Shown: positions 37,309-58,380 of the stretch, one piece after another
Layout: the number at the start of each line of letters is the position of its first letter
Numbering within the stretch: position 1 is the stretch's first letter
Assembly (NCBI RefSeq): GCF_006345805.1
Contig: NC_043002.1
Location: 55,490,001 to 55,554,000 of the forward strand
Direction of reading: 5' to 3'
Origin: Octopus sinensis
Lineage: Eukaryota
DNA length: 64,000 nucleotides
Made by a program: the position numbers and the translations under genes
Notes under the pieces: model-generated
Told to the model about the DNA's origin: nothing
The model's database searches: none
What the model saw: the letters and a program-made list of their open reading frames with translations, nothing else

Positions 37309-37701
37309 CTAGCAGTATCGCCCGCCGTTCCTCGGGTTTGTAAGGGAAATAACTATATAAGCATTTTTAGAGATGTAAAGTATAATAGCCATCTCAATAT
37401 GGCTAACCACAAAGGGGGTGTTACTGTAGCTTTTTAAGTTCTGAGATTTATTAATACATTTTTAGAGAGTTACTTCCCATATATAATAGCAAAAAGATGC
37501 ATTAAAAAGGGGGGAAAATGATGGTAATTTTTTTAAAAATCGTAGACTCATCGTAGACGCGCGCTAATAACCAGAATGTCTTGATACGTAGCACGACTAT
37601 AAGATACCCGCTTTTGGTTACACTGCACCGCAAAATGTGGGAGTAGTTAGGAATCTAAATCGTGGGAGACAGACACACAACTTGACTTTTATATATAAAG
37701 A
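37309..37701 (-). mobile_element. Short non-autonomous Helitron (393 bp), different family
   Basis: Minus strand A|TCTTTATATATAAAAGTCAAGTTGTGTGTCTGTC...CCCGAGGAACGGCGGGCGATACTGCTAG|T; no TSD. The empty site ATAA|TTTCTTTTTAT is at ~32593. Confidence 0.8.
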
Positions 37702-38717
37702 TTTCTTTTTATACTTCATGTTACAGTCATTTCTTTCACTTCAATATATATTTTATATATATTATATTACAATGTATCTCACCAGTAGGACATTTTTTTC
37801 TTCCCGTCATTATAAAATTAGTTCCATTTACGTAATGGGGTCGACGAAATCCATTACACCTACCCCGAAATTGCTGACCTGGAGCTAAAGTTGGAAACTA
37901 TCAATTCTTGCATCGAACCTGTACCAGAGGGAATCTTTTCCTCTTTTGAATAGAACAACTGAGAGGAAAATACGAAGATGATGCACACTCAGAAACACCT
38001 TGCTTCTCTTTTTCGTTCTTCCAATGTTATGACGAGATTATGTCCTACGGCCCTCACTGGAGAAAATACAGCAGGAGAAAATATCCCGGGACTCGTGCAT
38101 TCCTCATCGAAGCTCATCGAAATACCACAATATTTTTGTTGATATTACATCAATAATGATCACTGTTATATCGCCACACTTGTATTGAGTAATCTTCTAG
38201 AAGAATCTCATATTTCCTATAAGAAAATGTCTCCTTCAAACATCAGAAATTTAGTTGGAAAAGTCGTTCTTTTCTGCTCAGAGGTGGCCATGTTTAGAGC
38301 GTAGTACCTGTCAAACATAGCGTGTTCCAATCAAGCCGTGACATAATAGTCATGATGCGATCAGAAATACGAGAGCTGCGTATCTCGTTCTCATATGTTG
38401 CAGAAACAAGCGTGTCCAGCATCTTAAGTGTCCAGCTTTCCATTCGTCTAACTGTGGTGATTCACTGGGTGCAGCCATGTCAGAGTCGCACAGCTTTACT
38501 CGCAGCTGTGTATGTATGTATGTTGTTATTCAGTCTATTTCAAGATTTCTTGCCAATAGAGAAAGAACAGATCTAACCTAGATCTATGTATGTATGTACG
38601 TATGTATGTATGTATGTATGTATGTATGTATGTATGTATGTATGTATGTATGTACGTATGTATGTATGTATGTATGTATGGATGGATGTATCGATGGATG
38701 GATGTATGTATGTGTGT

Positions 38718-38781
<64 letters not shown>

Positions 38782-40170
38782 TGTATGAATAACTAATTAG
38801 AAATACGAGGGAGATTGAGAGATTGTGCTGTGATATGTAAGTATGGGAACTTGATAAAGAATATATGAGAAGGATGTTCACATCCAGTATACAATGAATA
38901 CTTCTGGATAATGAATATCATGAGATCATAAACATTGATGAGGAACATTGCCGGATAATGAACATTCTACGATAGTAAACAGAGTATGATGGTATGCTCT
39001 GTTAGATAATGTACACTATCTGATAGTGAGACTGATATGTAACAGTATTGGATTGTGGACACTGTTGGTTGGTGAACATTGTTCGACAATGAGCGTGGTA
39101 GCAAAGTAAACACTGTTAGATAACGAGTAATGTAAGATGGTTAATATTGCTGTATAATGAAAGTTGTTCGATAGTAAGAAGTGTCAGATAATGAATGCTT
39201 TAGGATTGTAAATAACGTTAGATGATGGGCATGGGTTTGTTGTGAACACTGCTGGACAATGAACATGGCTTGTTAGGAAACAAGATAGTGAACACTGTCG
39301 CAGAATGAACGTCGCAGGCTGGTGGACAGAGTTTGTTAGTGAACATTAATATACAGCAGAGACTCTTGGATAACGTACGCTGTTAAATATTGAACAACAT
39401 GAATAACATTCTTGGAAAATTATCACTGTTGGGTAATGGTCTCTTTTGGACAATGAATGCTGTTCGTTAGTAAACAGTGTTGGGTAATAAACACTGTAGA
39501 ATAGTGAACATTGTTGGGTAGTAGTAGATGGGGATCTCTATTAGACGTTTAGAAAATAAATACATTTCCTTAATAGAAACTGTTAGATATTGAACAGTGT
39601 TCAGTTATGTACACTGTAAAATGGTAAGATTCTTAGATGGTGAAAACAGATAAACGGTAAATTCTTTGGTGCTATGAACACTGTTGGAGAACGAACGCTT
39701 TTGGATAGTAATCATTACTGAATTGTGATTCGCATGAACACAACACAGTGAACACTGCTGGATAATGAACACTACTGGGTCATCAACATTGCTGGTTGGC
39801 TAAGCATTTTGTCCAAATTGCTTGATTCTGTCAGCTTACCTGTTCCGTGTCTACAGTCTGATAATTCTTGGGCATTCATCTAAGAAGTGGTAGAGCTGAG
39901 AGAATCCTTGCTCTAACCAATATTTTACTAAAATGTAGATGCTCCAGATTATTTATGCCTCAGAATATATCGGTGCAGAAATATTAAGGACTTCATAGAT
40001 ATATACGGTATCTGGGTGATACTACATAGACACTATTAGCGACTTTTAGGCACGTTATGCACGACGAAATCGCACGTGCCTACACAACTCATTAATATTT
40101 ACATTGCAGCCCCAGGGAAATCGTGTAATATGTAACACCACTGTATGCTGGTGGTGATGATGATGGTAGT

Positions 40171-40730
40171 GGCGACAGTAACAACGATTTTTAACATGAA
40201 ACTGTAACGCACTTTCCCCGCTCGGTAATTTCCCGTTAAGCGAATGTAACCTACTAGCAATTGGCCTGTGACCTATATGCTGTTATGAAAATGCTTTCCC
40301 AAATCTTTAACATAGTTCCACTAAATATGAACCGTATTATCGTGAGGAAGTACTTCTTAACACATGCAAGATTCGAATCGTCTTTCCACCTGTATATACA
40401 TACATACATACATACATACATACATACATAATATATATTATATATATAATATATATATATAATATAATATATATATATATATATATTATATATTATATAT
40501 ATATATATACATAAATATATATACATATACACATATATATCTTCTTTTACTTGTGTTAGTCCACTAGTTTCCGGGCATGCTGTTGATCGACATTGAAGAA
40601 TTTTTAGTCGAATGTACCGACCCAAGGACTTATTTCAGAAAGCTATGTACTGATTCCCTTGGTCACTTTTTGCCGAACAGGTAAGTAACGTGTATATAAA
40701 CACACAACCATTGGTCGTCACGCGCTACTC
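40171..40730 (+). pseudogene. Relic copy: distal promoter fragment joined to an intron-1 fragment
   Basis: 40171-40292 matches the upstream TTCCCGTTAAGCG block; ~40345-40730 matches intron 1. Core promoter, exon 1 and all later exons are missing. Confidence 0.55.
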
Positions 40731-41743
40731 CAGAAAGATTAGAAATCGATGAGTGTAGGTCAGATAATTGCTATGAAATATAAAAGTGAAAGTTTATCAT
40801 TAATTTTCATTTAGAAAATTAACAAAATCTTTTACTTAGAGATTTGTATCTCTTAAAAAGAAATAATTTCTCGTGAATTCAGTCCGGCCATTGTAAAATC
40901 TGGCAAAAGGATGGCACAAAAAATGTAAAGTGAATGAAAAGAAGGTTGACAACCACGACTGTTCGGATAGGATAAATGGATGGATAGTGAGGCTTCTTGT
41001 CAATCATACATTCGCGCAAGATGAGTGTTCAAAAGAAATACAAGTCTAAGTCATTAAATATCGAGTTTGGGCCAAAATTTTAAAAAATGCCCTAATTAAT
41101 TGATAAATACACATATATTTCTAGGAATGAATTCGCTAAGCTGAGCTATGGAAGTCTTCTAAAGAACAAAATTAGTATGGAATCGTCGTATTGAGAAAGT
41201 TGTTTATTTCCTCTCGCTGTTTTGACAACGCGCGGGGAGCGACGTCCGAAGTTTACCGAGCAGATATTCTCTGACATGTAAAAATTGTTTGTCTTTGAGA
41301 AATATTGGTGAAATGGCACCAAAGATTACCATGTTATATTATTAAAACCCGACGTGATGGGTTATCCCCATCGTAAATTCAGTCGCATTATTTTTCGTAT
41401 GTTATACATTTTCAGAAGTAAGGCCGATTCGTTTCCCATTTGTTTTCTTTCTTCTCTCTTTCTCACTGCTACTAACGAGTTCGCTGTTAAAAAATATTTC
41501 TATTTTAATATTGTACATTTCTCTTAGTAAATGTTTTCTCTCTCTCACACACACACAGACACATGCACACACACAAACAGATTAATATAATATTTTTTTT
41601 CTTTTTTGTCTCTTAATTATTTCTCTCATTATTTCGCCATTAGCAGAACAAATCGACCCCAAGCCTTATTCTTTACAGGGATGAAACCACACCAGCATCG
41701 GCTCTCAAGCAATGCTGGGGGGACACAAAAATTCATACATACA

Positions 41744-43375
41744 CACTGGCGAAAATAAATGCAAGACCGATGTTAAAATTTCTATTTCTTACAAAATATT
41801 TTGTTACTAACACCATTCAAATTATCTTTATCGTTTACACCATATGCAGAACTTATTTCTCTTTCGAATGATGCAGACAATAACTATTTTTATACAACTT
41901 GAAGAATTCTAATGCTAAATTAATATAAACGTTTCAAATTTACCGGTAAAATTAGTTTAAAACTATATCATAACAATTTTATTTAAGGCTTAAGATTGTA
42001 GCAAAAATGAGCAACAAGAACGAAATACAGATTAGTACTTTGTGCCGTAGCCTTTATTCTTAATAACGGCTGAACAACGTCTCGGCATTGAATTCGCTAA
42101 GTGATTACAAAATTCTATGGGAATATTTTGCCATGTTTCAATGATATAATCGAATAATTGTTTTAGATTAGATGGTTTATTAGCATAGACATTTGGGAAA
42201 CATAATTCCACAGGTTGTCGATCGGATTGCGGTCCGGGCTCTGGGGAGGCCATTCGATTACGTCATTATTATGGTGATCAAAAAATTCCATAACTTCTGG
42301 GCCTTGTGCACAGGACTATTGTCCTGCTGATAAATAGCCCCCGAAGGCATTTGGTGAGTCAAATATGGCACATCATTATCCTTTAGTAGATTCATATAAC
42401 CTACACTATTTAGCTTTCCAGCAACTTTAACTAGAGGGCCAACATCAAAGCTACGAAATGCCGCCCGCACCATAACACCCACACACACCGCTTGCGCCGT
42501 TTTTTTTTCAGGCATTTGGGTTGGAATTCCTCGGTTGGACGATGTTTGACGTATGTTTTACCATCTGATCCAAATATACAGAAGCGTGACTCGTCACTCC
42601 AAAGGACCCTGCACCAATCTACGGCAGTTCATTGAGCATGGCTTTTTGCGAAATTAAGGCGTTTGAATCGATTTCTTTCGGATGTTATTGGCTTTTTTCC
42701 TAGCGATTCGTCCATGTAGTCCTAATTCTCTCAAAAGGTTGCGGACGGTTTGTGGTGTAAAACTAACACCATTCTCGTCGGACAATTGCTTACAACTGTC
42801 AACGGCGGTCCGTTGCCTTCCGAAAGTCGGTGGATTCGACGTTCCAACTGTGCCGTTGTTTTTTCTTGGGGCACCAGTCCTTTGCCGATCTTTATATTGA
42901 CCAGTCTCCGAGTATATCTTCCACGCTTGCACGCAAGCCGTTTTACTGCACTTTAGGTGCTTGCTGATGTTTGAAAAGGAAACTTTTTGCTGGTGGAGTA
43001 ATACGATGTTTGCTCTCGTGACTGGACTGAGGTTGCGTTGTTTTCCCCTTATTAATCAATTGTATAATAACGTTAAATTATAACACTATGTAGTGCAGTT
43101 AGGCTAGTTGTGTGACCACCAATTTTGGCAAAAAGTTTGCATACATATTACTTGGTCTTAAACTAATCTTGCCAGTAAATTCGAAAAGTTTCTATGAATT
43201 TAGCATTAGAATTCTTCAAGTTGTATAAAAAATAGTTATTGTCTGCATCATTCGAAAGAGAAATAAATTCCGCATAAGGTGTAAAAGATAAAAATAATTT
43301 GTATAGTGTTAGTAACAAAATATTTTGTAAGAAATAGAACTTTTATCATCGGTCTTAAATTAATTTTCGCCATTG
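41744..43375 (-). mobile_element. Decayed full-length Tc1 with long (~220 bp) TIRs
   Basis: TIRs CACTGGCGAAAA... / ...TTTTCGCCATTG|TA. Frameshifted transposase on minus: RTGAPRK...TVRNLLRELGLHGRIARKK, VLWSDESRF (~42580-42607), VMVRAAF...GPL, QQDNSPVHKA and degenerate SPDLNPIE. Confidence 0.88.
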
Positions 43376-43433
43376 TACATACATCTCTGTTTGTCTCTCT
43401 CTCAATCCTTCTCTCTCTCCCTCTCACTCTCTG

Positions 43434-43481
<48 letters not shown>

Positions 43482-43659
43482 CAAACATGTACATATATAC
43501 GACTGATTTCTTTCAGTTTCCTTCTACCAAAATCCACTCACACGAGAGCCACACAGTGGAACGGAACCTGCTAGCGTGTAGATCGAAAGGAATCTTCTTA
43601 CCACAGCCAGGCCACCGCCTATATATATACATACATACATATATACATACATACATACA

Positions 43660-43690
<31 letters not shown>

Positions 43691-45346
43691 CCAGAAGATT
43701 ATCATTTAAATATATACGTGCATATCAAGATATGCAACTATCTGCATGAGAATACATACATAAAACATACAAATCTGCACATATCTATATACATACATAC
43801 AGGCATGCATACATGCATACAGACATACATACAAAATTACCCTCTTTTTTAAGTTGAAATTCCAACTTAGGAACCTTAGATCTAGGTAAGATCTGTTCTT
43901 TCTCTATTGGCAAGGAATCTTGAAATAGACTGAATAACAACATACATACATACACAGCTGCGAGTAAAGCTGTGCGACTCTGACATGGCTGCACTCAGTG
44001 AATCATCACAGTAAGACGAATGGAAAGCTGGACACTTAAGATTCTGGACACGCTTGTTTCTGCAAGAAATGAGAACGAGACACGCAGCTCTCGTATTTCT
44101 GATCGCATCATGACTATTATGTCATATCCTGATTGGAACACGCTATGTTTGACAGGTACTACGCTCTAAACATGGCCACCTCTGAGCAGAAAAAGGACGA
44201 CTTTTCCAACTAACTTTCCGATGTATAAAGGAGACATTTTCTTATAGAAAATATGAGATTCTTCTAAAAGATTAGTCAATACAAGTGTGGCGATATAACA
44301 GTGACCATTATTGATGTAATATCGACAAAAATATTGTGGTATTTCGATGAGCTTCGATGAGGAATGCACGAGTCCCGGGATATTTTCGCCTGCTGCATTT
44401 TCTCCAGTGAGGGCCGTAGGACATAATCTCGTCATAACATTGGAAGAACGAAAAAGAGAAGAAAGACTTTTCTAGGTTTGCATCATCTTCGTATTTTCCT
44501 CTCAGTTGTTTCATTCAAAAGAGGAAACGATTCCTTCTGGCACAGGTTCGATGCAAGAATTGATAGTTTCCAACTTTGACTCAAGGCCAGCAATTTCAGG
44601 GTAGGTGTAATGGATTTCGTCGACTCCATTACGTAAATGGTACTAATTTTATGATGACGGGAAGAAAAAAATGTCCTACTGGTGAGATACATTGTAATAT
44701 AATATATATAAAATATATATTGAAGATAAAGAAATAACTGTAACGTGAAATATAAAAAGAAATTATTTATAAAATAAATCACATCTTTTCATATCATGAA
44801 ATAATGGAACAAGTAGTAAATATAATATGGATGTCCGTAACGATGTTGTAATCCACTCATTGAACAAAATCAAAAACACAAACAACTGAATATAAAATAA
44901 AATATTAACACTTTAATGTTTCCATAGAAAAATATAATTCTCATTTATATAATAAATAATAGAAATGATGTTGGCGTATATGTGTGTGTGTGTGAGTGTG
45001 CAGGGAAGCCTTCCTAGTATAATGCATAGGAATATGGTGTATATATTATAATGAAGATTAAAAAAATAGGAAATGTAATCGGAAAATAAAAAAATTTAAA
45101 ATAAATTAATTAAGGTAGGTATAGGTATGTTTATATGAATATATATAGATAAATATAGGTACGTATATAGGAAAAATATATAGAGATTGATACGTCACAG
45201 TCCCATTGGTGTAATACCAATAACATCGATGTAACACGATATTAAATAGAAATATTTATTTCATAAAGGAGAAATATATATTGTTTACAATTATAAACGT
45301 GATAAGAAAAATATAAGGTAAATATTTATGGAAATATTGGTATTTA

Positions 45347-45363
45347 ACGATTAATATAATCGT
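45347..45363 (-). promoter_or_regulatory. 3'UTR triloop hairpin (CDE-like), copy 5
   Basis: ACGATTA-TAT-TAATCGT on the transcribed strand. Confidence 0.5.
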
Positions 45364-45507
45364 CGATATGATTATTAAGTGGTGAAGCTAAAACACTTCT
45401 ACATAATTAAAACGATACACTTGTATCTAATTTTTCTCTAACTGAGATTGGTTCCAGAAATATTATAAGAGGAATTATGGTTCCAGAAATATTATAACAT
45501 GGATTAA

Positions 45508-48383
<2,876 letters not shown>

Positions 48384-48485
48384 TTTGTGTGATTTTTCGT
48401 TGTGAAAAAGGTTTTGAGAGAACGTCATGTTGTATTTCCTTTGCTTGTTACAATTTATTGTGTTTAAGTGACGATGGAATATCGG

Positions 48486-48685
48486 CTTATATAGTTGTTT
48501 TAGCAGTGATAAGTTTGGAAAATCCCGTGCTATGTGATGGCCTTCATGAAGCTGGAAGATTTACTCTTCCTTTCTCTATTGTTTAAATTTAGTTTACGAA
48601 AATTGCTTGCTTTCATTTCTGGCGGAAGTTGAAGCTTGTGCTAATATTTTACTTTCAGTGTGACAGAGATTTAGGTTTACGGGAA
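48486..48685 (-). promoter_or_regulatory. Promoter of copy 5
   Basis: TATATAAG 48493-48486, GGGATTTTCC 48526-48517, TTCCCGTAA 48685-48677 (minus strand). Confidence 0.65.
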
Positions 48686-49322
48686 GAGGAAAGCTTTTAT
48701 GAATGAACTATTTTTATCACAGTATATAGGTCACAGTCCAATTGCTAGTAGGTTACTTTCGCTTAACGGGAATGGCCCGAGCGGGGAATAGTGCGTTACA
48801 GTTACATGTTATAAATCGTTGGTACTATCGCCGTCGCCAACGTCGTCGTCGTCATTATCATTGTCATCATCATGTGTATCAGCTCAGTCATCTTCACCAC
48901 CACCACCACCACCACCACCACTACAACCACTACCACCACCATCACCACCATCACCACCACCAGAACGAGATAAAGAAACCCATAACTCAAATATCGTATA
49001 ACTCCCTCAATGACAACTCACATACATTCAGAAATCAAGGGTCTAATATCCCCAAAAACGAATACATAAACTATTGAAAATAATTTACAACCAACAATAC
49101 AAACAGTCACAAATGGAAAAATGTGTTTAGAAGGAGGGGATGGAGAAGGAGGAAGGGGTACGAAGCAGAAGAAACAGCATCAATATATGGCAAGAACAGA
49201 AACCTACGGCTAGATCATAGAAATCCTTAGATCTACATACATACAAACATACATACATACATACATAAATACATAAACACATAAATACATACTTTCATAC
49301 GTATATAAATACATGCATAGGA

Positions 49323-49361
<39 letters not shown>

Positions 49362-51542
49362 AGTGTAAGATCCAGGGATGGAGATTTAGTAAGACAGCTT
49401 CAAGCAATTCTACGGTAGGTGACTAAGTTTGGCGAATTTGCAAAAAGAATACAAAATGTAGAAGGAAAATCCGGGATACATGTGTTTCATGGCGAGGGAA
49501 ATTTCAGAAGTGGTAAAATCCAAGTGAGGTGTATACTGCCACCTAATCATCAGGCCAAGGATATCTTCATTAGATTAAATGTTATAATTGTCTTGGATTG
49601 TCTCTGAAGCAAAGACAAACAGGAAAGAAAATTAAACTTCTTAACGCAAATTAGCTAATTTTCACAACGTAGGATTTCTCTTTGCTCGGGAAAATGTGTG
49701 TGTATGTGGCCCCGTTCTTGCTCTCATGCAATACCTAACAAAGGTGAAATTCATTTGAAAACACATCTGGATTTGTTTCTGCAAATGCTTGTGGAGATAG
49801 CTGATATGGAATATGAAGGAGAGAAAATAACAACCACATACAAACAGGCCCCGTAATAAAATGAAAAAGAAGCGATTCTTTAAGATATACATGGCGTTTG
49901 TGTGCAGGCGTGTACATGGATCGGTGATATATAAATACATACATACACACACAAACACACATACACACACAATTCCCATACTAATATGTAGAATTAATAA
50001 ACGAGTAGCAAAACTAGAAACAATTCATTGAGAGATAGAAGTGAAAATGTCAAAATTCCGTTTCACCTAATTTTCAATAAAATAATATGAAGAAGAGAAT
50101 GTAATAAAAAAAAATATGGAAGTGAGGCGGAAAATTTTTCATTTTATTGTCGTTTTCATCTCTCCTTAAGACGTTTTTAGCGACGGAGGTAAAAAAAATA
50201 TTGTCTTTTGTTCAGTATTGTCTTTTAAAGCAAAGTTAATTTTGGAGAATTTATTTTTAAAAAATACTTCTCAATTTTTAAAAAATATTTTGGATTGTCT
50301 GTTAAGCAAAGACAAACAGGAAAAAAATAAACTTGTCATCGAAACTTAGTTAATTTTCACTAAGTGGGATTTCCCTTTGGTCGGGATAAAGTGTGTGTAT
50401 TTTCTCTCTATCACCCAAGGAGATTCCGGTTTAACCAATATAGTTTTCCTTACGACTAGGCCAGATTATGTAAAACAAGAGATTTCTTGTTTCCCAATTA
50501 ATATCCGTCTTTATCCCTCGGATATTTCTAAATGGTTGTAACTTTGCCTAATTCAGATTCCGCGTCAGCTATCTCAACAAGTTTTTACAGAAAATTCGGG
50601 GTTGGGGTGGGTAAGTGAATTTATCCTAGATATTTCTTGAGGGTTTTTGATTGACGCATGGTGTTGATGGTTGGGCTTTTGAAGACCAAGTCCTTTACGT
50701 TCGTGTTTCGAAGACAGGATTGAGAGAGTCACATTGGTGTATGTCTCTATGTTTGCCATTCCTGAGTCATAACTGGTGAGCTGTACCTGTAATTCAGAAT
50801 GTGTCAGCCTTATCACATTCTTTATCATACTGAATCTCCTTCAGAATTACGTTAAGTGTACACGTGTCTGTGGTGTACTGAGCCGCTTGCACGTTAATTT
50901 CATGAAAACTCTGTTCGTTTCATCATATCATCTGGAACACACGTCGTCATAACCGACGGAGAACCAGGTCGCTTGCAACAAGGATTTCTATTATCTAGTC
51001 GAAGATATCTGTACTTGCCATATTTTTATATTGATGCTGTTTCTTCTGTTTCGTACCCCCTTCCTCCTCTTCTTTCTCCTCCCCCTTCCCCTCCTTCTAA
51101 ACACATTCCTCCATTTGTGACTGTCGATATTGTTGGTTGTAAATTATTTTCAATAGTTTCTGTATTCGTTTTTTGGGATATTAGACCCTTGATTTCTGAA
51201 TGTATGTGAGTTTGTGATTGAGGGAGTTATACGATGTTTGAGTGAATGGTTTCTTTATTTCGTTCTGGTATTCGTGATGGTGAGGATGGGTATGGTGGCG
51301 GTAGTGGTGGTGTTCGTGGTGGTCGTGGTCTTGAAGATGATGAAGTTGATACACATGATGATGATAATGATAATGACGAGGAAGACGTTGTCGACGGCGA
51401 TAGTAACAACGATTTGTAACCTGAAACTGTAACTCACTATTTCCCGCGCGGTTACATCCCGTTAAGCGAAAGTAACCTACTAGCAATTGGACTGTGACCT
51501 ATATACTATGATAAAAATAGTTCATTCATAAAAGCTTTCCTC

Positions 51543-51742
51543 TTTCCGTAAACCTAAATCTCTGACACATTGAAAGAAAAATATTAGCACAAGCTTCAAC
51601 TTCCGCCAGAAATGAAAGCGAGCAATTTTCGTAAACTAAATTTAAACAACAGATAAAGGAAGATGATATCTTCCAGCTTCATGAAGGCCATCACATAGAA
51701 CGGGATTTTCCAATCCTATCACTGCTAAAACCACTATATAAA
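51543..51742 (+). promoter_or_regulatory. Promoter of copy 6
   Basis: TTTCCGTAA 51543-51551, GGGATTTTCC 51702-51711, TATATAAA 51735-51742. Confidence 0.65.
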
Positions 51743-51844
51743 CCGATATTCCATCGTCACTTAAAAACAATAATTCGTAACAAGCAAAGGAACTACAACT
51801 TGACGTTCTCTTAAAACATTTTTCATAACGAAAAATCAAACAGA

Positions 51845-55431
<3,587 letters not shown>

Positions 55432-55546
55432 TTAATTCCCGTTATAATACTTCTGGAACCAATCTCAGTTAGAGAAAAATCAGATACAAGTGTATCGTTT
55501 CAATTATGTAGAAGTGTTTTAGCTTCACCACTTAATAATCATATCG

Positions 55547-55563
55547 ACGATTATATTAATCGT
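55547..55563 (+). promoter_or_regulatory. 3'UTR triloop hairpin (CDE-like), copy 6
   Basis: ACGATTA-TAT-TAATCGT. Confidence 0.5.
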
Positions 55564-55918
55564 TAAATACCAATATTTCCATAAATTTTTTTCTTATATT
55601 TTCTTATCACGTTTATAATCGTCAACAATATATATTTCTCCTTTATGAAATAAATATTTCTATTTAATATCGTGTTACATCGATGTTATTGGTATTAAAA
55701 CAATGGAACTGTGACGGATCAATCTATATATATTTTTCATATATACATAGCTATATTTATATATATATATATATTCATATATACATAACTATACCTACGT
55801 TATTTAATTCATTTTTAATTTTTTTATTTTCCGATTCCATTTCCTATTTTTTTAATCTTCGTTATAATATATACACCATATTCCTATGCATTATACTAGG
55901 AAGACTTCCCTGCATACT

Positions 55919-55949
<31 letters not shown>

Positions 55950-56136
55950 GCCAACATCATTTCTATTATTTATTATATAATTGAGAATTATATTTTTGTA
56001 TGGAAACATTAAAGTGTTAATATTTTATTTTATATTCTGTTGTTTGTGTTTTTGATTTTGTTCAATGACTGGATTACAACTTCGTTACAGACATCCATAT
56101 TATATTTACTGCTTGTTCCATTATTTCTTGATATGA

Positions 56137-56809
56137 GCCAGCAATTTCGGGGGTGGTGTAATGGATTTCGACGACCCCATTACGGAAATGGTACTTATTT
56201 TATGATGACAGGAAGACTGAATATCCTACAGGTGAGATACATTGTAATATAATGTATATAAAATATATATTAAAGATAAAGAAATGACTGTAACATAAAA
56301 TATAAAAAGAAATTATAAAATAAATCACAACAATAGTGTGACTGTATTCAGAATGGGCAAAGCCCATCACGTCGGGCTTTACAACATGATCATCTTTGGA
56401 GCCATTTCACAAATATTTCTTGAAGACAAACAATTGTTACATGTCAGAGAATATCTGCTCTGTAAACTTCGGATGTTGCTCTCCACGCGTTGTCAAGAGA
56501 GCGAGAGGAAATAAACAACTTTATCGATACGACGATTCCATACAAATTTCGCTCTTTAGACTTCTATAGCTCATCTTAGCGAATTCATCCTAGAAATATA
56601 TGTGTACAACTATTGTTGTGATTTATTTTATAATTTCATTTTATATTTAATGTTACAGTCATTTCTTTATCTTTAATATATATTTTATATACATTATATT
56701 ACAATGTATCTCACCTGTAGGATACTCAGTCTTCCTGTCATCATAAAATAAGTACCATTTACGTAATGGGGTCGTCGAAATCCATTACACCTCCCCCGAA
56801 ATTGCTGGC
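56137..56809. repeat. 200-bp inverted duplication enclosing a 273-bp foreign segment
   Basis: 56137-56336 is the reverse complement of 56610-56809. The spacer matches the block at ~12370-12640. Confidence 0.8.
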
Positions 56810-57347
56810 CCATATCCAAAGTTGGAAACTATCAATTCTTGCATCCAACTTGTGCCAGAGGGAATCGTTTTGTCTTTTGAATAAAGCAACTGAGAGGAAA
56901 ATACAAAGATGATGCAAACCTAGAAAAGCCTTTCTTCTCTTGTTTGTTCTTCCAATGTTATGACGAGATTATGTCCTACGGCCCTCACTAGAGAAAATGC
57001 AGCAGGAGAAAATATCCCGGGACTCGAGCATTTTTACTCGAAGCTCATAGAAATACCACAAAATTTTTGTCAATATTAGATCAATTATGATCATTGTTAT
57101 ATCGCCACACTTGCATTGAATAATCTTTTAGAAGAATCTTATATTTTCTATAAGAAAATGTCTCCTTCAATACATCGGATAGTTAGCTGGAAAAGTTGTC
57201 CTTTATTTGCTCAGAGGTGGCCATGGTTAGAGAGTAGTGCCTGTCAAACATAGCGTGTCAAACATAGCATTTCTTGCCAATAGAGAAAAGAACAGGTTTC
57301 TAACCTAGATGTATGTATGTATGTATGTGTGTGTGTGTGTGTGTGTT

Positions 57348-57386
<39 letters not shown>

Positions 57387-57631
57387 TGTGGTGTGTGTGT
57401 GTTGTGTGTGTGTGTGTGTTGTGTATGAATAACTGATTAGAAATACGAGGGAGTTTGAGAGAACGTGCTGTGATATGTAAGTGTGGGAATTTGATGTCGA
57501 ATATATGATGTCGAATATACAATGAATACTTCTAGATAATGAATAGCATGATATCATAAACATTGATGTGGAACATTGCCGGATAATGAACATTGTACGA
57601 TACTAAACAGAGTATCGTACAATCACAATCA

Positions 57632-58380
57632 CATTCTATGTGATGGCCTTCATGAAGCTGGAAGAAATCATCTTCCTTTATCTATAGTTTCAATTTAGTT
57701 TGCGAAAATTGCTCGCTTTCAATTCTGGCGGAAGTTGAAGCTTGTGCTAATATTTTACCTTCAATGTGTCAGGAGATTTAGGTTTACGGGAAGAGGAAAG
57801 CTTTTATGAATGAACTATTTTTATCACAGTATATAGGTCACAGTCCAATTGCTAGTAGGTTACTTTCGCTTAACGGGAAAGAACTGAGCGGGGAATAGTG
57901 AGTTACAGTTTCATGTTACAAATCGTTGTTACTATCGCCGTCGCCAAAGTCGTCGTCATTATCATTGTAACCATCATATATATCATCTCCATCATCATCT
58001 TCACTACAACCAACACCATCACAACCGCCGCAACTACCAACACCACCACCACCACCACCACCACCAGAACGAAATAAAGAAACCAATCATTCAAACATCG
58101 TATAACTCCCTCCATCACAACTCACATACGTTCAGAAATCAAGTGTCTAATATCCCAAAGAACGAATACAGAAACTATTGAAATTAATTTACAACCAACA
58201 ATACCGACAGTCACAAATGGAGAAAGGTACTTAGGCGGAGGAGGAGGAGGAGGAGGAGGAGGAAGGGGAGGAGGTTGTGGTGGTGGTGGAGGAGAAAAAG
58301 GAGGAAGAGGTAGAAGAGGAGGGAGGGGAGGCGAAACAGAAGAAACAGCATCAATATAAGAATATGGCACGGACAGAAAC
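57632..58380 (-). promoter_or_regulatory. Orphan distal promoter half (duplicated at ~60755-61500)
   Basis: Keeps TTCCCGTAA (57792-57784) and the C/EBP-like site but breaks just before the kB site. No TATA, exon 1 or gene follows. Confidence 0.5.
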
